64,000 nucleotides of DNA from an uncultured Alphaproteobacteria bacterium (GTDB lineage: Bacteria > Pseudomonadota > Alphaproteobacteria > RF32 > CAG-239): contig CALXWA010000001.1 in the NCBI GenBank assembly GCA_944392275.1, positions 4,737 through 68,736 on the forward strand, read 5' to 3'. Position numbers and translations under genes: made by a program. Under the pieces are notes generated by a model. The model made no database searches, was not told the DNA's origin, and worked only from the letters and a program-made list of their open reading frames with translations. Positions 48,626-57,716 of this stretch are shown piece after piece (the first letter of the stretch is position 1; every line of letters starts with the position of its first letter).

Positions 48626-48853
48626 TGCCTTTTCGACTAAGGCAAATAACGGCATTATGATGATATGAGCTAATGAAAGTCCCTGCCACTCTCGTGATAC
48701 TAAACGCAGGCTTTTAACCCACGCCTATCTTCCAATATAAATGATTTTTCTTAAAATGAAATCAAGATGTTTATTGAAGCCAATGCAAGTAGGACAATTA
48801 AAATTCAATTGTAAAAAAATGTTTTATCTTTACTCAAATACACCATTAAAAAA

Positions 48854-51718
48854 TTAATTACTCTGAGAGTTTGACTGGCTGAATATTTTTCGTTGTATAA
48901 AAGACAACTTGCTTGGAGAAAAAGAAGCTTTTGCTCGAGGTTTTTCTTTGGTACTAATTCTTCCTTGTTTTTCCATAATCAGATTTTGTAATTTTTGAAC
49001 TTCTTCTTTTGAAAGTTTTTTATTAGTAGGCGTTCTTAAAGTAACAGTCTTTTTCTCGTGTTCGTCAGATTGTTCGGTTTGAGCCGATTGTTTATTTTTC
49101 GTGACAACCTCATTAATATCCTTTGCCGCCAAACCGACATCTATGGCGGTACTGACACCTGTTCCTACTCCGGGAAAACATCCTGCCACACCGGAAAGAA
49201 CTTCGCCGCAAGCACCTTTCCAATCGCCCTTTTTTATTCGATTAAAAGCAAAATAGCATCCGGCCGCGGCACTCAGAATTGGAATTTTTTTCAAAACAGA
49301 CTTACCGACAGCACTTCCGGCTGTTTTTGCAACAGTTTTAGTCACGGCCTTCCCGATAGCGGTTTGAGCAGCTTTTCCCGCCACTTTAGCCGTCGTCTTT
49401 TCAATAGCTTTAACGACTTTTGTATCTGCAACTTTTTCAGCTGCTTTCATATAGACTTTTCCGGCAGTTGTAGTATTTAGAACCTTACTGCCTTTTTCAA
49501 CGGTTTGTTCTATTGCCGTATTAATTACATTATCCGCTTTTGCAATACCGGACACTATTCCTTGTGCAGAATTTACACCGACATGAACTGCCGTTTTTGT
49601 TGCGGCTTTTTCGCTAACTTCAGCAACAGCTTGCCCGCATGAAAGAAGCTTTTCTTTCTTTTGGGCAAGGAAGTCAGGATCTCTGACTTGATGAATGATT
49701 CCTTTGTTTAATTCTTCCTTTTGTTTTTGTAATCGGGCATAAATATCTGGAGCGTTTCGATAAGTATCTTTCATATCAGCTTGCCGCGAACTAAGAATAT
49801 GTTTGGTTAATTTATCAGGATTCTCCGGGACAGGTATGTAAACATCTTTATAATGCATATCGTCTAATTCATAAGAAATATGCATTATTTTTGCTTTTAA
49901 CGGATTTTTTTCGGGGGTAACAAAAGTTTCGGCATCTGTTCTTTTAATATCATACTTTGATCCGTCAGTCAAAATATTCGAACCTGCTAAATAGCCGTTT
50001 AGTGCTTCTTCTTTTGTAATCATACGATCATTGGGAAAATTTCGAGAGCAGTCCTCCAATCCAAAATTTTTGAAAAATTTATCATCGGGACTTTGCTCAT
50101 AAATATTTATAAAACCAACACGGACATCCTTAACACCGTCAAACTTGCCAACCGACGAAGAAACATAAAAATCATTTGTTGCTGATTTTCCGTTTGGTAA
50201 TGATGCTCCATCATATACTGATGCATATTTTAAATGAGGTGTTGCATAAACCATTCCTGTTCGTCCCGGACGCTGACTAAACTGACAGAAATCATCAGAA
50301 GCGATACTTCCGGAAAACAAGTACTTATCTTTGGGATATTGGTGCGATAACTCATCAAGAGAATTGTATGATTTTGGAAGCTCATCAACAGAAGAAATTT
50401 CTAAACGCTGTAAAATAGCTTGTTGCTTTTCTTCCGGTATTGATAGTCCACTTTTGATTCTTTCTTTATATGCTTCGGCCAGATAGAGTTTACCTAATTC
50501 ATTGTTAATGACATCTTGAGGTAAACGTTCTCTTATTATATCTTTTAATAATTCTTTTGGTTTTATCGGAACAACGATACCTTGAGTAATATCAGCTTGA
50601 GCAAGATCATCAATCAGTTTGGGCATAATTTCTTTGGCTTCTTTGACGGTCATTGTGGGAGAAAAGACCTCAAATTTGAAGCTATCTGAAGTATAGCTCA
50701 TATCTTTATGCAGCAACCATTGATTTGTATCATCGCCAATTGATAAACCATTATATGCAAATATATTTTTAGCTGCATTACCGTCTTTTAAACGCAGATT
50801 AAACATGACAGTTTCATTGTCGGCCATATTATCAAGCCCTTCTATATAGTTAGAAACATTGTATGTCTTAGGGTTTTTTATGTCATTTTGTATCTCTTTT
50901 GCAAGAATTCTGATATTTTTATCTTCTTGTATATTAAAGTTACTGTTTTGAAAGTTAGTTTTAATATTTTCAATAGTCTGCACTTGAGTTTGAATATCTT
51001 TTTGTTGGTTGGATATTGTATTTTGCAAATTTTTATTTGATTCTAGATACTCTTGTGAAGCGGTTTCAATCTTTTTTTTATCTCGTTCGCCAATGGAATA
51101 AAACTTAGATTTAAGGGGATCGAAACAATTTTCTTTAGGAAGGTTATCAAGCTGTTCTTTTAAGTTATTTTCTTGATATTTTTCGAGAAAAACATTTAAC
51201 TGTTGATTAGCCTCTTCTATTTTTTTGCTGTTCCTTATTCGGTTAAGAAGGCCTTGCGGCTTTTGAGTTAAGGCATTAAAATAATATTTCTTATTTTCTG
51301 TGATGAACTTTCCTGTTTCAGTATAATTTGATAATAATTTTTTTAAGTGTTCCTGCCGTTCAGGAGGATATTTTGCAATCAGATCCTCTATATCTTTTTC
51401 AAAGCCATTCAATTTTTCATTAAAATCGGCAAATGCAGACTGATTTTGCTGCAAACTTAAAACTTTTTCAGATAATGCATTTAGCTTAGCATAACGAGAG
51501 GAAAGAACGTCTTTATAAAATTCGTCAGTAATTTTTTTATTTTTTTCCGTAATAAATTTTTCAATATCGCCATTGGTTTCAATTTGTTCAAGAAGATCTG
51601 AAGCCCAAGGCATTTTCCAAATCTCACTTTTATCAGTAAAAAGTCGGCCTTTTTCTTGAAACCAAAAAGGAACGACTAATGCATTGTCCAAATTTTCCCA
51701 ATAATCAGCATCACGCAT
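48854..51718 (-). CDS. Giant Asn/Lys-rich hypothetical protein (coiled-coil N-terminal half; glycine-zipper-like C-terminal segment)
   Basis: 954-aa ORF in a region much more AT-rich than its surroundings. C-terminal AAGCYFAFNRIKKGDWKGACGEVLSGVAGCFPGVGTGV. No recognisable enzyme motif. Confidence 0.5.
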   Translation of the reverse strand: MRDADYWENLDNALVVPFWFQEKGRLFTDKSEIWKMPWASDLLEQIETNGDIEKFITEKNKKITDEFYKDVLSSRYAKLNALSEKVLSLQQNQSAFADFNEKLNGFEKDIEDLIAKYPPERQEHLKKLLSNYTETGKFITENKKYYFNALTQKPQGLLNRIRNSKKIEEANQQLNVFLEKYQENNLKEQLDNLPKENCFDPLKSKFYSIGERDKKKIETASQEYLESNKNLQNTISNQQKDIQTQVQTIENIKTNFQNSNFNIQEDKNIRILAKEIQNDIKNPKTYNVSNYIEGLDNMADNETVMFNLRLKDGNAAKNIFAYNGLSIGDDTNQWLLHKDMSYTSDSFKFEVFSPTMTVKEAKEIMPKLIDDLAQADITQGIVVPIKPKELLKDIIRERLPQDVINNELGKLYLAEAYKERIKSGLSIPEEKQQAILQRLEISSVDELPKSYNSLDELSHQYPKDKYLFSGSIASDDFCQFSQRPGRTGMVYATPHLKYASVYDGASLPNGKSATNDFYVSSSVGKFDGVKDVRVGFINIYEQSPDDKFFKNFGLEDCSRNFPNDRMITKEEALNGYLAGSNILTDGSKYDIKRTDAETFVTPEKNPLKAKIMHISYELDDMHYKDVYIPVPENPDKLTKHILSSRQADMKDTYRNAPDIYARLQKQKEELNKGIIHQVRDPDFLAQKKEKLLSCGQAVAEVSEKAATKTAVHVGVNSAQGIVSGIAKADNVINTAIEQTVEKGSKVLNTTTAGKVYMKAAEKVADTKVVKAIEKTTAKVAGKAAQTAIGKAVTKTVAKTAGSAVGKSVLKKIPILSAAAGCYFAFNRIKKGDWKGACGEVLSGVAGCFPGVGTGVSTAIDVGLAAKDINEVVTKNKQSAQTEQSDEHEKKTVTLRTPTNKKLSKEEVQKLQNLIMEKQGRISTKEKPRAKASFSPSKLSFIQRKIFSQSNSQSN

Positions 51719-51805
51719 AATTCCTCTCCTGCTAAGGACAAAATATTCTATTTTACCTTATTTTACTATAAAAATTAAAAAGAGTAAACTAATTTAGAAG
51801 AAAAT

Positions 51806-51940
51806 AAAAAAAAACACCTTTTTGCACAAAGGTGGTCGGAGAGTTCGTAAATCATACAGCAAGTGATGACCTCTTGACCTTTAGGTAAAACCTTGGACAT
51901 ACGTCAAAAGCTCCCCGACCATAATCGGAGGCCTCATTAC
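51806..51940 (-). ncRNA. Candidate small RNA, copy B, with promoter-like hexamers
   Basis: Same conserved ends as copy A with a different middle. On the minus strand it is preceded by TTGAAT-N16-TACAAT (plus-strand coordinates 51947-51973). Ends in the hairpin ACCTTTGTGCAAAAAGGTG plus a T-run. Confidence 0.35.
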
Positions 51941-52003
51941 ACGCAAATTGTAACCCCAGTAAAAGAAAATTCAAGTGTTGTTTCCTCTTTTGCCAAAAAC
52001 GAT

Positions 52004-52040
52004 GATAAAAAAAAGCAGTCATTTTCATGACTGCCTTTTG
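52004..52040 (-). terminator. Intrinsic terminator downstream of tRNA-Glu
   Basis: Minus-strand GGCAGTCAT-GAAA-ATGACTGCC hairpin followed by TTTTTTTT. Confidence 0.6.
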
Positions 52041-52043
52041 TAT

Positions 52044-52119
52044 TGGTGATCCCAGCGGGAATCGAACCCGCGTTACCGCCGTGAGAGGGCGATGTCCTAG
52101 GCCGCTAGACGATGGGACC
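52044..52119 (-). tRNA. tRNA-Glu (anticodon CUC)
   Basis: Reverse complement GGTCCCATCGTCTAGCGGCCTAGGACATCGCCCTCTCACGGCGGTAACGCGGGTTCGATTCCCGCTGGGATCACCA. It aligns with bacterial tRNA-Glu and the anticodon loop CTCTCAC gives CUC. Confidence 0.8.
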
Positions 52120-52171
52120 CGTAAAACACTTGATTTAATAATCTATATTTTATTAACTTGCAAGCGTTTTT

Positions 52172-52711
52172 TTATAATATTTGTTTTAATCTTTCCAATC
52201 CTTGGCGGATAGACTCCAGAGCAATGTCTTCGGTTTTGACCTGAAAAGGATCAACAAAAACAATTTCAGAATTTTCGTTCAAATCCAATTGAAGGGGAGA
52301 GAGGTCTTCCACCCGACACAAAAAGAAAAAGTCCAGCGGATAAAGTTGAATCCCTTTATATTCATAATTATTAGGGATAGAAAATAAAAATTTTTCAATT
52401 TTTATATCAAGGTTGGTTTCTTCTTTGGCCTCACGCAAAACAGCTTGTTCAATACTTTCGCCAACTTCACAAAACCCACCGGGAACCCCCAACAGGCCTT
52501 TGCCCGGATTTTTTGCTCGACGGAGCAAAATCAAGCGATTTTGCGTATCAAACAAAAACGAGGCTGCCCCGATGGTCGGGTTTTTATACATTTCATAACC
52601 GCAGGCCAAACATTTGCGATACCCCGGTCGAGGAGCCGCCCATTCGGATTTTCCGCATTTGGGGCAAAACTTTAACACATCAAAAGGATCCATAATCTTC
52701 TCCGTTATCAT
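52172..52711 (-). CDS. NUDIX hydrolase with N-terminal zinc ribbon (NudC-like)
   Basis: CPKCG...CLACG zinc ribbon. Nudix box GVPGGFCEVGESIEQAVLREAKEETNL. Confidence 0.7.
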   Translation of the reverse strand: MITEKIMDPFDVLKFCPKCGKSEWAAPRPGYRKCLACGYEMYKNPTIGAASFLFDTQNRLILLRRAKNPGKGLLGVPGGFCEVGESIEQAVLREAKEETNLDIKIEKFLFSIPNNYEYKGIQLYPLDFFFLCRVEDLSPLQLDLNENSEIVFVDPFQVKTEDIALESIRQGLERLKQIL

Positions 52712-52883
52712 AAGAAACTTTCCTTATAATAAAGGCAAAAAAATTAAGGAATGGATAAAATTTAATCCCAAGAGAAAGGATTTTATTTTTTTTGAATTGA
52801 CTTTGTATCAAGTCGACAATTACAAAACAAAATAAAAAACATGTTTTTTTTGCCTAGAAAATGGATTTTTTTGTAATTCCGAC

Positions 52884-52912
52884 TTGACTCTCAAAGATTT
52901 TCCTTATATAAA
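52884..52912 (+). promoter_or_regulatory. Sigma-70-like promoter (TTGACT-N17-TATAAA) upstream of ffh, followed by a GC-rich structured leader
   Basis: Hexamers read from the sequence. The leader 52952-53010 holds the palindrome CACTCCAAGGAGTG and the stem CGCCAGT...ACTGGCG. Confidence 0.4.
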
Positions 52913-53020
52913 AAACACAAATTTTCATATTAAAAACGGGAAAATTTTATACACTCCAAGGAGTGCCGCCAGTCAGCGAGGGTTCGCACACTGGCGTGCA
53001 ATAGTATGTAGGAAAAGTAA

Positions 53021-54421
53021 ATGTTTGAAGCATTGAGCGACAAATTAACATCGGTATTTAATAAAATCACTTCACGCGGGGTTCTGAGTGAAGAAGATGT
53101 TAATGCGGCTTTGCGAGAGATTCGGGTTGCTCTTTTGGAGGCAGATGTTGCTCTTCCCGTTGTAAAAGATTTTATTGCCCATGTTAAAGAACAAGCATTG
53201 GGAGAAAAAGTTGTTCGCTCCATCCAACCGGGGCAGATGGTCATTAAAATTGTCCATGATGAGTTAGTAAAAGTTTTGGGCGAGGAAACCGCCGAGCTTA
53301 ACTTAAATGCAGTTCCTCCGGTATGTGTATTAATGGTTGGGTTACAAGGTTCCGGAAAAACAACTTCTGCCGCCAAACTTGCTCTCCGCCTGAAAAACAA
53401 AAATAAAAAGAAAGTCTTGCTGGTTTCGCTGGATATTTATCGTCCGGCCGCTCAAGAGCAGTTAGCTCAACTGGCCGCTAAAATAGGGGTGGCCTCTTTG
53501 CCGATTATAGCTGGGGAAAAACCGGCACAAACAACGCTTCGGGCTCTTGATTTTGCCAAAAAAGGCGGCTTTGATGTTATCATTTTAGATTCTGCCGGCC
53601 GCTTGCATATTGACCAAGCTTTGATGGATGAGGTGGTTGAGGTTAAAAATCTGGCTCACCCGACAGAAGTATTATTGGTTGCCGATGCCATGATTGGTCA
53701 GGATGCTTGCACTGTTGCCAAAGAGTTTAAGCAACAGGTCGGAATAAGTGGCTTGATTTTGACCCGAATAGATGGTTCGGCCCGTGCGGGTGCCGCCTTA
53801 TCCATGAAGATGGTTGCCGGTGTTCCGATTAAATATTTAGGTACCGGAGAAAAAGTAGAAGAATTTGAGGAGTTTCATCCGGATCGTTTGGCCGGAAGGA
53901 TTTTGGGGCAGGGCGATGTTGTTTCTTTTGTTGAAAAAGCAATGGACAACGTTGATCGGATGGAGGCAGAAAAAGTTGCCGCCAAAATGATGAAAGGCAA
54001 ATTTGACCTTGAAGATATGCTCTCTCAATTAAAACAAATTCAAAAATTGGGCAGTATCGGGAGTTTGGTCGGGATGTTGCCGGGCATGTCCAAAATCAAA
54101 AATCAGATAGAAGAATCCGGTATCGGTGACAATCTGATAAAAAAACAAGAAGCCATTATTCTCTCCATGACCAAACAGGAGAGAAGAAATCCGGATATCA
54201 TCAAAGCCTCTCGGAAAAAGAGAATTGCCAGTGGTTCCGGAGTAGAAGTTCATGAGGTTAACAAGTTGCTGAAGTCTTATGAGCAAATGTCAACCATGAT
54301 GAAAAAAATGGGTAAACTGGGCGGAATGAAAAGTCTGCTTGGTTCTGCCGCATTAAAAAAACTTCCGTTTGGCGGCGGTTTTCCGTTGCCGGGCGGAAAA
54401 GGTCCGAAATTTCCGTTTTAG
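53021..54421 (+). CDS. ffh: Signal recognition particle protein Ffh
   Basis: NG domain GLQGSGKTTSAAKLA, DSAGR, M domain with a Met-rich C-terminus. Confidence 0.9.
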   Translation: MFEALSDKLTSVFNKITSRGVLSEEDVNAALREIRVALLEADVALPVVKDFIAHVKEQALGEKVVRSIQPGQMVIKIVHDELVKVLGEETAELNLNAVPPVCVLMVGLQGSGKTTSAAKLALRLKNKNKKKVLLVSLDIYRPAAQEQLAQLAAKIGVASLPIIAGEKPAQTTLRALDFAKKGGFDVIILDSAGRLHIDQALMDEVVEVKNLAHPTEVLLVADAMIGQDACTVAKEFKQQVGISGLILTRIDGSARAGAALSMKMVAGVPIKYLGTGEKVEEFEEFHPDRLAGRILGQGDVVSFVEKAMDNVDRMEAEKVAAKMMKGKFDLEDMLSQLKQIQKLGSIGSLVGMLPGMSKIKNQIEESGIGDNLIKKQEAIILSMTKQERRNPDIIKASRKKRIASGSGVEVHEVNKLLKSYEQMSTMMKKMGKLGGMKSLLGSAALKKLPFGGGFPLPGGKGPKFPF

Positions 54422-54460
54422 GAAATTTTATTGTTAATAAAAAGAAAGGAAAAAAAATAA

Positions 54461-54850
54461 ATGTCAGTACGTATCAGACTATCTCGTGGTGGTTCTAAAA
54501 AACGTCCGTTTTACAAAGTAGTTGCAGCTGATCAGCGTGCTCCTCGTGACGGAAGATTTATCGAAAGACTTGGATCTTATAATCCGATGCTTCCGAAAGA
54601 CCATGCCGACAGATTTGTTGTTAATGAGGAAAGAGTAAAATATTGGCTTTCTCAAGGGGCTGAACCGACCGAAAGAATGGCTAAAATGTTAAGCGACTTA
54701 GGTTTGGTTTCTAAAGTAGCTCTTCGGGATCAACCGAAAAAATCTGCTCCGAAAGCCAAAGCTCAGGAAAGATTGAAAGAAAAAGAAGAAAAAGCTAAAG
54801 CTGCTGCAGAAGCTGCCGCTGCTCCGGCTGAAGAATCTTCTGCCGAATAA
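54461..54850 (+). CDS. rpsP: 30S ribosomal protein S16 with alphaproteobacterial Lys/Ala-rich C-terminal tail
   Basis: [42 protein letters not shown]. Confidence 0.9.
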   Translation: MSVRIRLSRGGSKKRPFYKVVAADQRAPRDGRFIERLGSYNPMLPKDHADRFVVNEERVKYWLSQGAEPTERMAKMLSDLGLVSKVALRDQPKKSAPKAKAQERLKEKEEKAKAAAEAAAAPAEESSAE

Positions 54851-54882
54851 TGTGAAAAAGATTTCTTCTGAAGGACTTTGTT

Positions 54883-55419
54883 ATGAAAACAGATAATCGG
54901 ATTTGTTTGGGAGCCATCGTCGGGGTCCACGGCATCAAAGGGGAGGTAAAGGTAAAAAGCTTTACCGAACATGAAAAAGATGTCGCCAAATACGGCGAGG
55001 TTGAAAACGAAGCCGGAGATAGAAAGTTTTCGCTCAAAGTCGTTGGTCACTCAAAGGAACTATTAAGGGTAAAAATAAAAGGTTGTGATGACAGAAACAC
55101 GGCCGAAACATTAATCGGAACCGGATTATATGTTTCCAAAGACGTATTACCGCAGCTTGAGGAAGAAGAATTTTATCATGCGGATTTAATTGGTCTGGAT
55201 GCAAAAGAGATTTCTTCCCAAAAAGTGATTGGTAAAGTGGATGCCATTTACAATTTTGGAGCCGGAGATTTGATTGATATTAAGTTTTCGGATGGCGGCA
55301 GTGAAGTGTTGCCGTTTACCAAAGAATATGTTCCTGAAATAAATATTAAAGATGGTTTTATTATTGTAAAATTGATTCAGTTTGCAGAAGATCCGGAAGC
55401 ACAGGCACATGAAGGTTAA
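54883..55419 (+). CDS. rimM: Ribosome maturation factor RimM
   Basis: ICLGAIVGVHGIKGEVKV N-terminus plus PRC barrel. Sits in the conserved operon position. Confidence 0.75.
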   Translation: MKTDNRICLGAIVGVHGIKGEVKVKSFTEHEKDVAKYGEVENEAGDRKFSLKVVGHSKELLRVKIKGCDDRNTAETLIGTGLYVSKDVLPQLEEEEFYHADLIGLDAKEISSQKVIGKVDAIYNFGAGDLIDIKFSDGGSEVLPFTKEYVPEINIKDGFIIVKLIQFAEDPEAQAHEG

Positions 55420-56098
55420 GGTTTTTACGATTTTTCCGGAGTTGTTTCCGGGATTTTTGGGACATTCCTTAACGGGGCGTGCATTAGACAAAGGGATATG
55501 GTCGCTAACAACCGTCAATATCAGAGATTATGCATTTGATAAGCACGGTTCGGTAGATGATACACCCTGTGGCGGTGGAGCCGGAATGGTGATGCGTGCT
55601 GACGTCTTGGGAGAGGCTTTACGAGCCAATTATCAGGGCGGACGACTGCTGAACATGAGCCCCAGAGGAAAACCTCTGACTCAAGAAATGGTTAAAGAAT
55701 TATCTCATGCTGAGACATTAGATATTATCTGTAGCCGTTTTGAGGGGATAGATCAAAGAGTTCTGGACGCTTATCATGCTGAAGATATCAGTATCGGCGA
55801 CTATATATTAACCGGAGGCGAGCAAGCGGCTCAAATCATGTTAGATGCCGTGGTTCGACTTCTTCCGGGGGTTTTAGGCAATAGTGAATCAATCAGACAA
55901 GAAAGCTTTGAAAATCATCTGCTGGAACATCCCCAATACACCCGCCCGATTGAATGGGAAGGTAGAACTGTTCCAGAGGTTTTGATGAGTGGACACCATA
56001 AAAAGATTGCCGAATGGCAGTTAAAAAAAGCAGAAGAAACAACGCAAACCAACAGACCCGATTTATGGAAAAAATATCTTGATTCTAAGCGGGTTTAG
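55409..56098 (+). CDS. trmD: tRNA (guanine37-N1)-methyltransferase TrmD
   Basis: MKVKVFTIFPELF...DYAFDKHGSVDDTPCGGGAGMVM...ICSRFEGIDQRV...DISIGDYILTGGE. The ATG at 55409 overlaps the rimM stop. Confidence 0.85.
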   Translation: MKVKVFTIFPELFPGFLGHSLTGRALDKGIWSLTTVNIRDYAFDKHGSVDDTPCGGGAGMVMRADVLGEALRANYQGGRLLNMSPRGKPLTQEMVKELSHAETLDIICSRFEGIDQRVLDAYHAEDISIGDYILTGGEQAAQIMLDAVVRLLPGVLGNSESIRQESFENHLLEHPQYTRPIEWEGRTVPEVLMSGHHKKIAEWQLKKAEETTQTNRPDLWKKYLDSKRV

Positions 56099-56140
56099 GT
56101 GTAAAAGTTAAACAAAATTAAATCAAAAAGGGTTAAAGTA

Positions 56141-56536
56141 ATGAACATTATTGAAAATATGGAAAAAGAGCAGGTTGCAAAGCTCACAGAAGGTAAAAAC
56201 ATTCCGAGCTTTAAGCCGGGCGATACTTTGAAAGTTCATACCAAAGTAAAAGAAGGCGACAGAGAACGTATTCAGGTATATGAAGGTGTTTGCATCGCTC
56301 GTAAGAATGACGGATTAAACTCTTCTTTCACGGTAAGAAAAATTTCTTTCGGTGAAGGTGTTGAACGTGTTTTCCCGTTATATTCTCCGAATGTAGCCAA
56401 GATTGAAGTTTCTCGTATTGGTAAAATTCGCCGTGCAAAACTTTACTTCTTGCGTGCATTACGCGGACGTTCAGCTCGTATTGCCGATGACTTGGCCGCT
56501 GCAGCAAAAGCTCGCGAAGATTCTAACAAAGATTAG
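56141..56536 (+). CDS. rplS: 50S ribosomal protein L19
   Basis: [33 protein letters not shown]... Confidence 0.9.
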   Translation: MNIIENMEKEQVAKLTEGKNIPSFKPGDTLKVHTKVKEGDRERIQVYEGVCIARKNDGLNSSFTVRKISFGEGVERVFPLYSPNVAKIEVSRIGKIRRAKLYFLRALRGRSARIADDLAAAAKAREDSNKD

Positions 56537-56555
56537 TTTTCTAAGGACAAAAAAA

Positions 56556-56580
56556 GCCCCTCGACGGAGGGGCTTTTTTA
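56556..56580 (+). terminator. Intrinsic terminator ending the ffh-rpsP-rimM-trmD-rplS operon
   Basis: GCCCCTC-GACG-GAGGGGC hairpin followed by TTTTTT. Confidence 0.75.
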
Positions 56581-56707
56581 CGTGTAAAAAACATAACACC
56601 TTAAACATTAAGTCTTGTGGGTTATTTATAAGAGTTTCTTGTTTTTAAGCCCAAAAAGGTGTTATGATTTGCACAAATAAAAAAGTTTTTTTGATTTTGA
56701 GGTTAAA

Positions 56708-57706
56708 ATGACAAAATATGCAGTTATTGGTGTTTCGGAAAGTACGGGAAGAGAAATTCTCAGTGCGTTGTCGGAAGCGGGAATAAGTTCTAAAAATGTT
56801 TATGCCTTAGAGCCAAGATCGGCTTTGGGAAATATGGTTTCCTACGGAGAGGAAGATGAGTTGGATATTTTAGGACTGGATGGTTTTGATTTTTCCAAAG
56901 TAGATGTTGCAATTTTTACAACAGTAAAAGAAGTCTCTAAAAAATATATTCCGACCGCTGTAAAATCCTGTAAAGTAATTGATTGTTCCAATGCTTATTT
57001 TGGGGATCCGGATGTCCCGATGATTGTTGATGGCCTCAATGACCAAAATCTGTCCAAAGCCAAAAAAGGAATAATTTCTGTTCCAAGTGCCGATGTAACC
57101 CAACTCCTTTTACCATTAAAAAATATTAATGAAGAATATGGGATTAAAAGGATTGTTGTTTCGGTTTATACGGCGGCTTCGGTTTACGGAAAAGACGGAA
57201 TGGATGAATTGTTTAATCAAACCCGTAAGATTTTTATGAACGATACTTTGGTCGATGATCAAAAAGTTTTCAAAAAACAAATAGCTTTTAATGTTATTCC
57301 TCAAGTTGGGGAGTTCATCGGGGATGAAACTTCTGCGGAATGGTCTTTTAATTCAGAGGTCAAACAAGTATTAAATCCGGATGTAAAAGTCCATGCCAAT
57401 TGTGCGGTTATTCCGGCCTTTATCGGATGTGGGCAGTTTATAAATATAGAATGTGCCAAAGATATTGATGTTGAAGATGCCAGAAATCTCATGAAAAAAG
57501 TCCCCGGAGTTGTTGTCTTTGATAAGCATGTAGACGGCGGGTATGTTACCATCAATGATGTTCAAGGTGAAAATGACATTTACATCAGCCGCATGCGTCA
57601 GGATACATCGATAGAAAACGGTATCAGTTTTTGGTGTGTTGCGGATAATTTCCGTGCGGGAATGGCTCGCAATGTTTTATCTCTTGCTCAAAAATTAGTT
57701 AAGTAA
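56708..57706 (+). CDS. asd: Aspartate-semialdehyde dehydrogenase family protein (Asd-like)
   Basis: N-terminal NAD fold YAVIGVSESTGREILSAL. Cys-containing active-site region HANCAVIPAF. 332 aa. ArgC is not fully excluded. Confidence 0.55.
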   Translation: MTKYAVIGVSESTGREILSALSEAGISSKNVYALEPRSALGNMVSYGEEDELDILGLDGFDFSKVDVAIFTTVKEVSKKYIPTAVKSCKVIDCSNAYFGDPDVPMIVDGLNDQNLSKAKKGIISVPSADVTQLLLPLKNINEEYGIKRIVVSVYTAASVYGKDGMDELFNQTRKIFMNDTLVDDQKVFKKQIAFNVIPQVGEFIGDETSAEWSFNSEVKQVLNPDVKVHANCAVIPAFIGCGQFINIECAKDIDVEDARNLMKKVPGVVVFDKHVDGGYVTINDVQGENDIYISRMRQDTSIENGISFWCVADNFRAGMARNVLSLAQKLVK

Positions 57707-57716
57707 GGAGCTATAT

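Noticed and set aside
48423-48689. 88-aa minus-strand ORF
   Set aside because: It overlaps the conserved terminator and scaffold of the candidate small-RNA element (copy A) and has no ribosome-binding site. It is more likely non-coding.
49058-49480. 140-aa plus-strand ORF inside the giant minus-strand ORF
   Set aside because: It is antisense to a 954-aa ORF with consistent coding character. Its low-complexity S/F/C-rich translation is typical of an antisense frame.
52930-53400. 156-aa minus-strand ORF overlapping the ffh 5' region
   Set aside because: It lies antisense to the well-supported ffh N-terminus and the GC-rich leader, and the frame stays open only because of GC-rich composition.
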